DNA of 64,000 nt from Callorhinchus milii. Taxonomy: Eukaryota. Under the pieces are notes generated by a model that had not been told where the DNA came from, did not search any database, and was given only the letters and a program-made list of their open reading frames with translations. The stretch is from NCBI RefSeq assembly GCF_018977255.1, contig NW_024704742.1, positions 47,370,001 to 47,434,000 on the forward strand, in the 5' to 3' direction. Positions 53,201 to 64,000 of this stretch are shown in pieces (positions within the stretch are counted from its first letter, which is position 1; each line of letters begins with the position of its first letter). The translations under genes and the position numbers were made by a program.

Positions 53201-53720
53201 TACTGTCCCGCACCAGGCTTCGGGACCACATCACTCCCACCCTCGCTCGGCTCCACTGGCTCCCCATCCCCCAGAGGATCAAATTCAAGATCCTCATCCT
53301 CACCTATAAGGCCATCCACGGCCTCGCTCCCTCCTACCTCTCTGACCTACTATCCCCCTACCTACCTGCCCGTACCCTCCGTTCCTCTGGCTCCGGTCTG
53401 CTCCACATCCCCCGCCCCAATCGCCCTACCATCGGTGGCCGGGCTTTCAGCGTCTCAGCCCCGAGGCTCTGGAACTCCATCCCCCAGTACCTTCGCCGCC
53501 TCCTCCCTCTCCTCCTTCAAGGCCGGTCTCAAAACCTTTCTCTTTGACCGTGCCTTCAGCTCCCCTCTCGACTCTCTTCCCCCTCCTCGCTCCCTCCCTT
53601 CCCTCCCCTCACCCTGACCATTTCCCCAATGCTCGGGTCCTGACCCAACTGTGCAGCGCCTTGGGACGTCCTCCTGACGTGAAAGGCGCTTTATAAATGG
53701 AATCTTGTTGTTGTTGTTGT
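50277..53720 (+). mobile_element. Near-full-length L2 LINE (APE endonuclease + RT, apparently single ORF), frameshifted pseudocopy
   Basis: QNVRSL, ALTETWL, GGGVA, GDFN, LDL and SDH endonuclease motifs. RT motifs are mutated (LYLSAAFD, YVDD). Frameshifts near 51830, 51950, 52610, 52792 and 53497. 3' stem-loop and (TTG)n tail end at ~53720. Confidence 0.95.
50331..50338. promoter_or_regulatory. Perfect CRE palindrome (TGACGTCA) in the putative L2 5' UTR
   Basis: Exact motif in a GC-rich stretch upstream of L2 ORF2. Function not shown. Confidence 0.3.
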
Positions 53721-53909
53721 TTTGTATCTGTAGGCAAATACAGTAGCTAATTTGCACACAGCAAGATCTACAAACAACCATGAAGTAATTGATCAATTTA
53801 TCAGGAGAATTGCTGGGGAAGAGTCTTTTTTTCAAATTACATCAAGCGATCTGTAACATTCACCAAAAGACAGGCAGATGTGGCCTTGTTTAAGATTACA
53901 TCCGAAAGA

Positions 53910-54835
53910 CAACAACAACAACAAAATTACATTCATAGAGCGCCTTTCACGTCGGGAGGACGTCCCAAGGCACTGGACAGTCAGGGGTCAGGATCCGAGC
54001 AAGGGGTCGAGAGGTGGGGTAGGGGTGAGGGAAGGTGGGAGGGCGACTGAAGGCACGACTGAAGAGGAGGGTCTTGAGATCGACCTTGAAGGATGCGAGG
54101 GAGGAAGCGAGGCAAAGGGACTGTGGGATGGAGTTCCAGAGTGTGGGGCCAGAGATGCTGAAAGCCCGGCCACCGATGGTAGGGCGGTCAGGCGGGAGAC
54201 ATGGAGCAGGCCAGAGCCCGATGAACGGAGAAAGAGGGCAGGTTGGTAGGGAGTCAGCAGGTCGGAGAGGTAGGAGGGGGTAAGGCCATGGATGGCCTTG
54301 AAAGTGAGGACGAGGAACTTGAATTCGATCCTCTGAGGGATGGGGAGCCAGTGGAGTCGGGCGAGGGTGGGAGTGATGGAGTCACGGAGCCTGGTCGCTA
54401 GAGTACACGAGCTGCAGAGTTTTGGATGATCTGCAGCTTGTGAATTTGCCGCAGTGATATGATGCCAATAATCAATTCTGTCACAAGAAAACTTCCTGTT
54501 CCGCGATTAGTGAAAGAATGAAATGTAGAATGCGTTACAATCCATGTGCCCGGTTTAGCTTTCCTTTTTTAATGACCTGCTTTTCAATTTCCGATCAGTT
54601 TAACACATTCTGTAAATTCAAACCGAATCAACAAAAACAACAACAAACTTACATTTATAGGCGCTCTATAAATGTAATTTTGTCGTTGTTGTTGAAGGGA
54701 AGAGTTGGGAAGACCGATTAGGAGGGAGTTTCCATAATCGAGCCTTGATTTGACGAATGCGTGGGGAAGGGTTTCAGCAGCCTGAGGGGTGAGGCACTGG
54801 CAGAGTCTGGCAATGTTGCAATAAGTTGGAAAGAC
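53910..54835 (-). mobile_element. L2 3' fragment split by a ~250 bp insertion (54443-54693)
   Basis: (CAA)n tail at 53910. The L2 sequence breaks at GCAGCTTGTG and resumes GAAGGGAAGAGTTGGGAAG; compare the uninterrupted 56660-56690. Confidence 0.9.
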
Positions 54836-55074
54836 AGTGCTTCCAGCAGCACAGGATTCCTCGAATGTGACTGGAGTGTCAGCCTGAACCATGAGCTCAA
54901 ATCATAACTTGAGACTTGAACTAACAATCTTCTCAAGATCCAGATGCAACAGTGCTACTGACTGAGCGATGCTCCCAATGGTCCCATTTAGAGCCAAGTT
55001 CCATAATATTGATTATAATGTGCAGATCTGTAATATTAACTACATACAAATTCAGATTTCAACTTCTATACTAA

Positions 55075-55355
55075 TATAATCCTTGTGATTGATATGCGAT
55101 TATCACATCTTTAAAATATCTCAAAGTGCTTCGCAAGAATTACTACAAAGTGTAGTGACTGTATTTGTACGAGAAACTTGGCAGTCAGTTTGTACACAGC
55201 ACCCTCCCACAAACAGCCATGAAGTGAATGATCAATTTTCATCTTAGGGATTATTGACCAGGGGATCTATACCTTGAACAGGCAGACCGGATGTGGATTA
55301 ATGTCTCATCCGAAGGACAGCACCTCAGACATCACGGCTCACCCCCAGCACTGCA
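55075..55355 (-). mobile_element. Old DeuSINE-like SINE fragment
   Basis: CCCACAAACAGCCATGAAGTGAATGATC and GTCTCATCCGAAGGACAGCACCTC. Confidence 0.7.
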
Positions 55356-56129
55356 CGAAACTTCCAAACCCAACCTGCAAAACAATTGTTTATCCCTCAT
55401 GTTCGAAATGTGGGTAGAGATGAATAGATTTAATTTGTTATGTTTTCCCAATAAATGCTGTGCATGGCATCCTGCCAACTGAATGAAGAAATAGCTGAGA
55501 TCATTGCCGTTTCTAATTTGTATTTTACTTATCTCCATATCTATAGTTCCGCTTCGACAGAAAAACATCAACTTGGGCAAAAGACAGCACCAAATGTCCA
55601 ACAAAGAAGGAGGCTAGATTCTGCGCAAATAACAAAACATTTTAATTACAACAGAAAATCATGCCCACACACCAAAGCCCTTGCAGATTGCTAAGGAAAG
55701 TGGGAGCCTTTCTGGACTGTAAACTTTGTCACTAAGGCGATTTGAAATGCCTTAGCAAGTTTCAACTCAGCTGGGAGAGTTTAGCTTGAGGGTGTTACCA
55801 GAGTTAAACATTGTTGAGAGCAGGTGCAGAGTGCAGAGGGTGGAGTGCAGGGTGTGGAAGAGTGAAAGCCAAAAAAATAAGCATCTAACTGCAAGGCAGC
55901 AGGCAGAACTAATCAAAAAGAGAGTCGAGAAAAATCCCAGGTTCCTCGTGAATTTGCTGCGCTGATATGATGCCAATAAGCAATTCTGTCATAAGAAAAC
56001 TTCCTGTTCCGCGATTAGTGAAAGAACGAAATGTAGAATGCGTTACAATCCATGTGCCCGGTTTAGCTTTTCTTTTTTAACGACCTGCTTTTATCAGTTT
56101 AATGCATTCTGTAAATTCAAACCGAATCA

Positions 56130-57350
56130 ATAAAAACAACAACAAAATTACATTTATAGAGCGCCTTTCACGTTGAGAGGAGGTCCCAAGGCGGTGGACA
56201 GTCAGGGATCAGGACCCGAGCATGGGATAGGGGTGGTGGAGGGGTGAGGGAAGACAGAGAGGTGGGAGAGCGATCGAAGGCTTGATTGAAGAGGAAGGTC
56301 TTGAGACCGGCCTTGAAGGAGGCAAGGGAGGAAGTGAGGTGAAGGGAGTGTGGGATGGAGTTCCAGAGTGTGGGGGCAAAGAGGCTGAAAGCCCGACCAC
56401 CGATGGTAGGGCGGGTCGGGTGGGAGACGTGGAGCAGGCCAGAGCCCACTGAACGGAGGGAGCGGGCAGGTTGGTAGGGAGTCAGTAGGTCAAAGAGGTA
56501 GGAGGGGACAAGGCCATCGATGGTCTTGAAAGTGAGGACGAGGATCTTGAATCGATCCTCTGGTGGATGGGGAGCCAGTGGAGTCGGGCGAGGGTGGGAG
56601 TGATGGGGTTGCGGAGCCTGGTGCGTGAGAGTACACGAGCTGCAGAGTTTTGGATGATCTGCAGCTTGTGGAGGGAAGAGTTGGGAAGGCCGATGAGGAG
56701 GGAATTTCCATAATCGAGCCTTGATGTGATGAATGCATGGTAAGGGTTTCGGCAGCCTGAGGGGTGAGGCAGTGCGTGGAGTCTGGCAATGTTGTGGAGG
56801 TGGTGGTAGGCAGTTCTAGTCATGGTGTGGATGTGGAGGAGAAAGGACATTTCAGAGTCAAACAAGATGCCCAGGTTCCTGACTGGCTTAGTGAGGTTGA
56901 GTGTGCAGTCGTGGAGGCTGATGCTGCCAGCGCCTGAGGCGCTGGCGCGAGCCAATCAGGAGGGCCTCGGTCTTGCTGACGTTCAGCTGGAGAAAGTTGT
57001 CCCTCATCCGGGACTTGATGTTGGACAGGTAGTCGGTTAGGATGCCAGTAGTCCTGGAGTTGAGGGTGGAGGCAGAGAGTTAGAGTTGGTGTCATCTGCA
57101 TACATGTGGAAATCTACCCCATGTCTGGGGATGATATCACCAAGGGGGAGCATGTAGAGGGTGAACCGAGGACAGAGCCCTGAGTAACGCAGCACGAAAC
57201 AGTGCAGGGGTTGGAGGAGAAGCCATTAGCTGAGACGAAGTGGAGGGAATGTGAAAGGGAGGATCTGAACCAGTCAAGGACAGAACCTTGGAGGTTGAGG
57301 TGGGAGGAGAGGCGGTGGAGGAGGATTGAATGATCCACAGTGTCAAAAGT
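56130..57350 (-). mobile_element. L2 LINE 3' ~1.2 kb, decayed
   Basis: [32 protein letters not shown] and LHWLPI motifs, with a (CAA)n tail at 56135. Confidence 0.93.
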
Positions 57351-57424
57351 GACGAATTCATCTGGAGGATCATTAGTCAGGATGCTGAGAAAAGGTTCTC
57401 TAGTGCCATGAGAATACTAATACC

Positions 57425-58720
57425 TACAACAACAACTTGTGTTTATGTAGTGCACTTTACATAGAGTAATGTCGCACAGAGCTTCACAGATGTGGTGCTG
57501 GGAGCCTAGCAGAGGAAACGAAGGAGGTGACCAAAGGCATGGTAGAAGAGGTGGGTTTTTAGGTAGCTTTTGAGGACGGACGGACGGATGGATGGACGGA
57601 CGGAGGGCAGGCGTGATTTGTGAGAAAGAGTTACAGAGGTTGAGTGATAGTGGTCAAAAGCTCAAATGCTGCCAGTGGAGGGGGGGGGACACAGCATGTG
57701 GAGGTGGTGTGTAGCCTATCATCTTCATTCTTGCCCGACGGCCAGGTGGGCAGGATGGGGTACATGAAGCAGGTGTGGTTTGCAGAGCAAAAGCACAGTT
57801 GGGTTGGTAAGGTCACAGAGTTAGAGTGAGGTGAGATCTTGGGAGGGTGTTGAAGGAGAGAACATGAATCCCCTGGGGAATGGAAAGCCATTGAAGCTGA
57901 GCAAGGATGAGTGCGATAGCCTTGCAGAGCATTGTGTGGGAGAGGACATGGGCTGCCAAGTTTTGGATGGTCTGCAGCTTGTGTTGGGAAGGGCTGGGGA
58001 ATCCAGTAAGCTGAGTGTTGGTATAGTCAAGTCTGAACATGATAAAGATGTGGATGAGAGTCTCGGAGGCCCAAGGAGAAAATGAGTAGCAGAGGTGGAC
58101 AATGTTTTGGAGGTGAGGAAAGCTGAATGGTTCAGAGCATGGATGTAGGGTTTGAAGGACAATTGGGAGTCAAACAAAATACCAAGATTCCACTCCGGCT
58201 CCATGAAATGGAGAGTGCCTCCCTGCGGGTTGATGCTGTCAGCGGCTGAGCTGATAGGAAGCTGCTGGCAGGAGCCAAGCAGGAGAGCGTCTATTTTGTG
58301 AACATTCAATTGGAGAGAGTTAGAGTTCATTCTGTAGTTGATGTCTGACAAGAATGTCAGAACAACAGTAGTCCTGAAATCAAGGGTAGAGACAGAGAGG
58401 TGGAGTTGGGTGACATGTGGAATAAAACCCATGTCTGTGGATTATGTTGCAAAGTGGGAGCATATATATATAGTAAAAAGGAGAGGAGCCCTGAGGAACA
58501 CTGCATGTGACTGCACAGCGGAGTTAGGAGAAGTTATTAGAAAAAAACAAACTACAAACTCTGAGATATGTAAGAGTGAAACCAGGGTAGGACAGAACAT
58601 GAAGGTGGAGCAGAGAGGAGGTGGAGAAAAATAGAGTGGTCAATAGTATCAAAGGTGGCAGAGAGATCAAGGAGAATAGCAAATAAACACAAGGTACTAC
58701 ATGTAGGAAGCAAGAATAAG
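57425..58720 (-). mobile_element. Older L2 subfamily copy, highly decayed
   Basis: LLDLSATFDTIDH, LQLNVHKIDALL, NLGILFDSQLSF and RLDYTN..KLQTIQNLAA motifs. Contains a (GGAC/GGAT)n microsatellite at 57575-57604. Confidence 0.8.
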
Positions 58721-59319
58721 AGGCATATGTACTCCATAGACTGGATAAATCATAACACGTGCCAAAAGAGAAACTGAAAAAGATCTTGGGGTGTCAGTTG
58801 AAGGAGAAGATCAAATGAGCCAAAGGGCTGTCTTCATCCAACCTTCCTCCTGCGCTCCGAGATGCTACCCTGCATGAAGAGCACTATTTAAATGCAAATT
58901 GTTGTTGTTGATTGTGTTTACAATTTTTCATGACATCTTCTATTTTATAAATATTGGCTTTCTTTTTTTCTGAAAGTTAACATTGGCTTGTTTAGTTAGA
59001 TCAATTATCAAGCGCTCTGGGTCGCTACTTGTGTGAGGGGTGCAAGTTGTTGTTTTTGTATCAAACTATGTCCTGATTCCTTCTTGTTTTGATTTACCAT
59101 TTACAATAAATAAATATGAAGAAAGGTGCATAAAATTCACCTCAAATAGCCCCTTATTGCCCTAAAACACAATTGCTCTCTTTAAATTATAACAGTGACA
59201 TTCAAATAAGCTGTGACATAGTTTAAAACCCATTTACTGTAGAAATAACAATAATAATCCTTGCATTTGACATAGCACCTTTCACGTCACAAGGACAAAA
59301 ACAGGAGCTTACTGATGGA

Positions 59320-59720
59320 AGCGTAAAGGGAGGAAGTTGCAGAGGTTAGGCGAATAATAACTGAAGGCTCGGCCACCAATGGTGGTGCGAAGCAGAGAAG
59401 TGGGGGAGAAGATCAGAGAGATAGGTGGATGCTAAGAAATGCAGGAATTTATAAGTGAGGTTGAGATCCTTGAAATTCATTCATTGGGAGACAGGAAGAT
59501 AGTGGAGTCTGGCGAGGATTGAGGTAATGGTCATGCAGAGTTTGGGTGAGGATGTGTGCAATGAAGTTTTAGATTAGTTGGAGTTTATGGATTGTGGAAC
59601 TCAGAAGACCAGTGAGTTGCATACATTGATTTGAAAAGTCTAGGGATGAGGTGAACAAGAGCATGACGTTTTGGTGGCATTTGATGTGAAATAGGGTAGC
59701 GAGTCAGGCAGTGCAGCAGA
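59320..59720 (-). mobile_element. Very old L2 fragment
   Basis: GAAGGCTCGGCCACCAATGGTGG and AGTGGAGTCTGGCGAGGATTGAGGTAATG parallel the L2 3' ORF2 region. Confidence 0.6.
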
Positions 59721-61957
59721 GGTGAGGAAAGTTATCTTGGACAGAGATCGAACATGAGGAAGGAAGGGGATTGAAACAAATGCAGAGTGACCCCTTCTGG
59801 AAGTACCTATATGTTAACATTAGATGATAACAAAATTGGTCTTGGCTGTGAAAGTTTCCTTCAGTCAAGTAGTACATTGATTCTCACTCTCAAGTTTTAA
59901 GGATGGTGCTTTGAAGAGATACAATCAAATACAACTTGATGTAGCTGTAGTTCAGCTTAAAGTACTCTGGAACTCTACCCGTGTGAGGGGCGCTTTGTAT
60001 GTCCTCCCGTCCTCCCGACGTGAAAGGTGCTCCATAAATTTTTGCTGTTGTTGTATGCAAGTTGTTGTTGTGGTTGTTGTGCACCTTCAGAAGATCAAGG
60101 GGAGCACATCTTGAATGACAATTGAAGGATTAGATAATAGTGTTGATTATCACAACTGAAAAGGATGAAAAGCCCTGCTGTTTGTTTTCAGAATCTTTCT
60201 GGTATCTTGCCCAAGTGGTCAGCCTAGGGAATGTGTGTTAACAGGTTATTTTACTGCAACAGTCATCACGCCTATTCCGTTCTCACCCAGTATGGGCCTA
60301 CATATGTGCATTTTGGCGTCAGGTCCACTGGATTGAAGAATTAACGTGCATAGAGAAACAGAATTGTTGGCCTGAATGACAAGCATTAATTATTGTATAT
60401 CCTCATTGTTCTTACCTTAACAATAAACAATCCATGACATTGTTTCACGGTTGCTGTTTATTAGATGGCAAAATACCAGTGTTAAGTGTTTTGGTATTTA
60501 TACATTCGCACGAGGTATGATGTGTCAGGTTTTCCAAGGAAGTGACTAATGAGCCAGCACAAATAAAATTCAGGTGAGCAGTAAACTCTGTGCATCGCAG
60601 AGCTCATTTTTCATGTTTTGGGTTATAAAATTAGTCAATCTCGAAAATGCGATGTTGAAAAGGCATCTCTACTGTGGCTCCCAACTCTGTATCCTGCTAG
60701 AGGCTGCTATTTCAATCTGCTAGTTCTTTGGGTGTGTGTGCAGCTTTGTCAGGGTCGTGTGGTGGGCCAGGACCTTTGCCAAGAACCACATTCAGACAAT
60801 CAGTGAACACTGACAGTTACTTTGCAGTTTATCGATTTATTGCTGAAGGCGTCAGATTAAGAACAGGGAGGGGGACAGCCCATGAATCACCAGGGAGTCT
60901 GTCAAATTATGATAATCCTGTAACTATAGAGTGTAACTAGCAGTTGTATCATTATTCAAATTCAGATTTTCTGGATAAATTGCTACAGCAAATAAAGCCA
61001 TTTTCTTTCATTCCGAATGTCTTAAACAACCAATAAGATTAATTTTTTAAGTTATGGTCACACTTCACTGAACAAACTAACCTATTATTAATGATTATAA
61101 ACCATAACAGAAAGGTTGCCCTTTTTAGTGAGCAGCGTAAAACAGACCCCGACTCATTAACGGCCTTCAGGTGAGACGTTAAACTAAGCTCTGCCTGCTT
61201 GTTCAGGTGAGCGTTAACAATCCCATGGCACTATTTGCAAAGAGAAGGGAGTTTCTCCCGAGGTCCTGGCCAACAACACCACAGTTAAAATTGGTCCTTC
61301 ACTTCATCTGTTAGTCGGGCACCAACATGTGCGTTTGCCTACAAGTCCTCAGTCACTAAACTTTACAGAAATTCCTTCTGAAGCTCTTTGAAATGTTTTG
61401 ATATTATATTAGCAGTTATAAATATATTATACATATTATAAATGCAAGGATCATTTCATTATAATTTGAAACTGACTTAGCTCAAATTGGATAATACTTT
61501 TGGTTCTGCAATCACAAGAGACAAACATCTGGAAAACTACAAAGGAATACGAAACAAATCATTTGGGCATCGTTCAAAAATACTCAAATTTACTTAACCT
61601 AGTCCATTTGTACCTTCAAGTTGTTTTTAAATATTGTGTATTTTTAGTGGATGTTTTAAACATTATCTTGGGAAATGAAACATTGTGTCTCTCAGCAACA
61701 GCCTCACACGCACAGCCCCAGGTCGGGTGTGGCGTACCCTAAGTAGGGTTACACCCAATTAACTGGTCACACCCAAAACTCCCTTTCAGTTGCTGATCGA
61801 CTTGCTGCTTATTCCCTGCATTTTCTTTTTTTTTATTTCAGATTTGCAGCATTCTCGGTATTTTCTTTTTAACTCAGCCAGGAGCAGACAAATACTCCTC
61901 GCGCACTTCCTGAGAATATGCATAAACTCAACTCACAGGATTTTACTGTGAAGTGTT

Positions 61958-62272
61958 GTGGAGTCCTGTAGCTCAGTGATTAGAGCACTTGCCTTGCAAG
62001 TGAGACACCTGGGTTCAATTCCAGGAAGGGCGAAACCTTGGGCAAGTTTGCTTACTCCACACGCCTAATAATAATCCCTCCAAAAAACAAAACAATAATA
62101 AATTGGTCATTTTCAATCCACGATTGTTTGTGGGACACTGATGTGCACAATTGGCTGCCGCTTTTCGCTCACAAATATACGGTCAATTCACTTTACAGTA
62201 TATTCTGTGAAGCACTTTGAGACGTCTAGAAGACATGAAAAGCGCTATATCAAATGCAAGGATTTTATTATT
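61958..62272 (+). mobile_element. Young tRNA SINE, short variant
   Basis: Homologous to 4854-5166. Followed by an old antisense DeuSINE-like copy (62277-62570). Confidence 0.9.
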
Positions 62273-63268
62273 AAAAAGTAGTGACTGTATTTGTGGGCAA
62301 ACAGGGCAGACAGTATGTACACAGGCATACGAGTGAATAACCAATTTTATCTTGGGAGCTGTTGACCTGGATCCCAGGAGATACTCCCTTCTCTTTTTGA
62401 ATAGTGCTGTGGGATCTTCAATGTCCACCTGAACAAGCAGATGGGACTTCAGTTTAATATCTTATCCGAAGTACAGCATCTCCAACATTGCAGCACTTCA
62501 TCACTACTGAATCGGAGTGTCAGTCTATCTGTGAATTCAAAGTCCCTTAGTGTGGTGGGTCTCACACCCAATGAGACCTGGGTTGAAAATGTTCAAACTC
62601 ACTTCCTTATATCAGTAAAATCACCTCACTTTACAGCCTGAGCAATGTGGGTATTAAAATACAGAGATATTCAATTTAGACTCTTCCCTGTAAAACAACA
62701 AGAATCATTCTCCGGTAGAAAGTTTTAAAAGACATATAGCAAATCTATTTTATAATAATATTCCTTGCATTTGATACAGCCCCTTCAAATTGGGAGGGTG
62801 TTGCAAAGTACTTCACAGGATATACTGGAAAGCCTAGTGACTGTGTATTTTGTACACAAGCTATTCATTTATTTGAGAGAGAATCTTTCAGCATGTACAA
62901 CCCAACACAATCATTAAAGAAAAGGTACATTAATCAGTCATTAACACATTAAATGTGTTTATTTATTTGTTTATGTGTTGCTAACAAAACAATCCTCAAA
63001 TAGCAAACCTGCACATCTCTGCTCTTTGCCTGTGCACACGGCTCTCAAGAGAAATTGCAGTGTAGGAGAAAGCCATTCAGACCATTGAGCCTAAATTGGT
63101 GCTGGCTGATCCATTGGAGATAAATACTTGAATCCCAATTTGCTGCTCTTTCCCCATATTTTGTGCTCTTATCACATATTCTCTTTCTTTGAAATTCCAT
63201 TTTTTTCCTTGTCTGTATTACGTGTGCGCCTGCATTCACAACAAGAAACTAGGTCCCATAAATACAAA

Positions 63269-63575
63269 TAATAATAATAATCCTTGCATTCTTATCACAT
63301 CGAGATGTCTCAAAGCGCTCCACAGAATATACTGTAAAGTGAATTGATTGTGTATTTGGGGGCGAAACACAGCAGCCAATTGCGCACAGCACTGTCCCAC
63401 AAACAGTCATGGATTGAATGACCAAATTATTATCATTTTTTTCTGATGGGATTATTATCCCCGGAAAAGCCAATCGACTAGCACCCAGGTTCCTACTTAC
63501 TGCTAGGTAAACAGAGGCGTGTGGTTTAAGTAAAACGTTTTGCGCCCCCTCCCCCAGGAATCAAACGCAGGTCCT
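63269..63575 (-). mobile_element. tRNA SINE, long variant, head degraded
   Basis: GGTTCCTACTTACTGCTAGGTAAACAGAGGCGTGTGG antisense internal segment, with an (AAT)n tail. Confidence 0.85.
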
Positions 63576-63629
63576 CTCGAATGATCATGTATGATCCATA
63601 TATTGTATGATTTAATATTAAAATATTAA

Positions 63630-63936
63630 GTAGCTCAGTGGTTAGTGCACTCGCCTTGCAAGCGAGAGACCTGGGTTGGATTCCCGGCATGGCGAAACTT
63701 TGGGCAAGTTTCCTTACTCCATGCACCTGATAATAATCCCTCAAGAAAAAAAACAATAAAATTGGTCACTTCAATCCACGACTGTTTGTGGGACATTGCT
63801 GTGCGCAATTGGCTGCCGCGTTTCACCCACAAAATATACAGTCAATTCACTTTACAGTATATTCTGTGAAGCGCTTTGAGACATCGAGAAGACGTGAAGA
63901 AGTGCGATATCAAATGCAAGGACTATTATTATTATT
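63630..63936 (+). mobile_element. tRNA SINE, short variant
   Basis: GTAGCTCAGTGGTTAGTGCACTCGCCTTGCAAGCGAGAGACC head and L2-like tail. Confidence 0.9.
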
Positions 63937-64000
63937 AAAATGTGTTTTGTTGAATCTTACATTTCTTGACCATAATTGACGATGACAGTACTTTCCGAAC

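Noticed and set aside
1..64000. CRISPR arrays, prokaryotic operons or defence systems
   Set aside because: The sequence is vertebrate LINE/SINE-rich DNA; recurring motifs are dispersed retroposons, not regularly spaced repeat-spacer arrays.

Overview
This window is AT-rich, repeat-dense vertebrate genomic DNA. The repeat repertoire suggests a cartilaginous fish, possibly a chimaera; that is inferred from recalled repeat families, not from a search. I could not support any host protein-coding exon, so it reads as a large intron or intergenic tract. It is filled with CR1 LINE 3' fragments, L2 LINEs and a young tRNA-headed SINE family (long and short variants) whose 3' stem-loop tail is shared with L2. 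It also holds older DeuSINE-like copies, Penelope-like terminal repeats carrying hammerhead-ribozyme core motifs, a one-ended Tc1/mariner fragment and an unclassified dispersed repeat. The most notable structures are: (1) a near-full-length single-ORF L2 (~50.3-53.7 kb) next to an inverted, doubly truncated ~2.4 kb sister copy that shares two frameshifting deletions; (2) a ~250 bp L2-tailed insertion that copies DNA from 1.5 kb away and ends in a tail-to-tail palindrome; (3) a perfect 40-bp-arm palindrome; (4) several other inverted repeats. Repeat boundaries are by eye and approximate.
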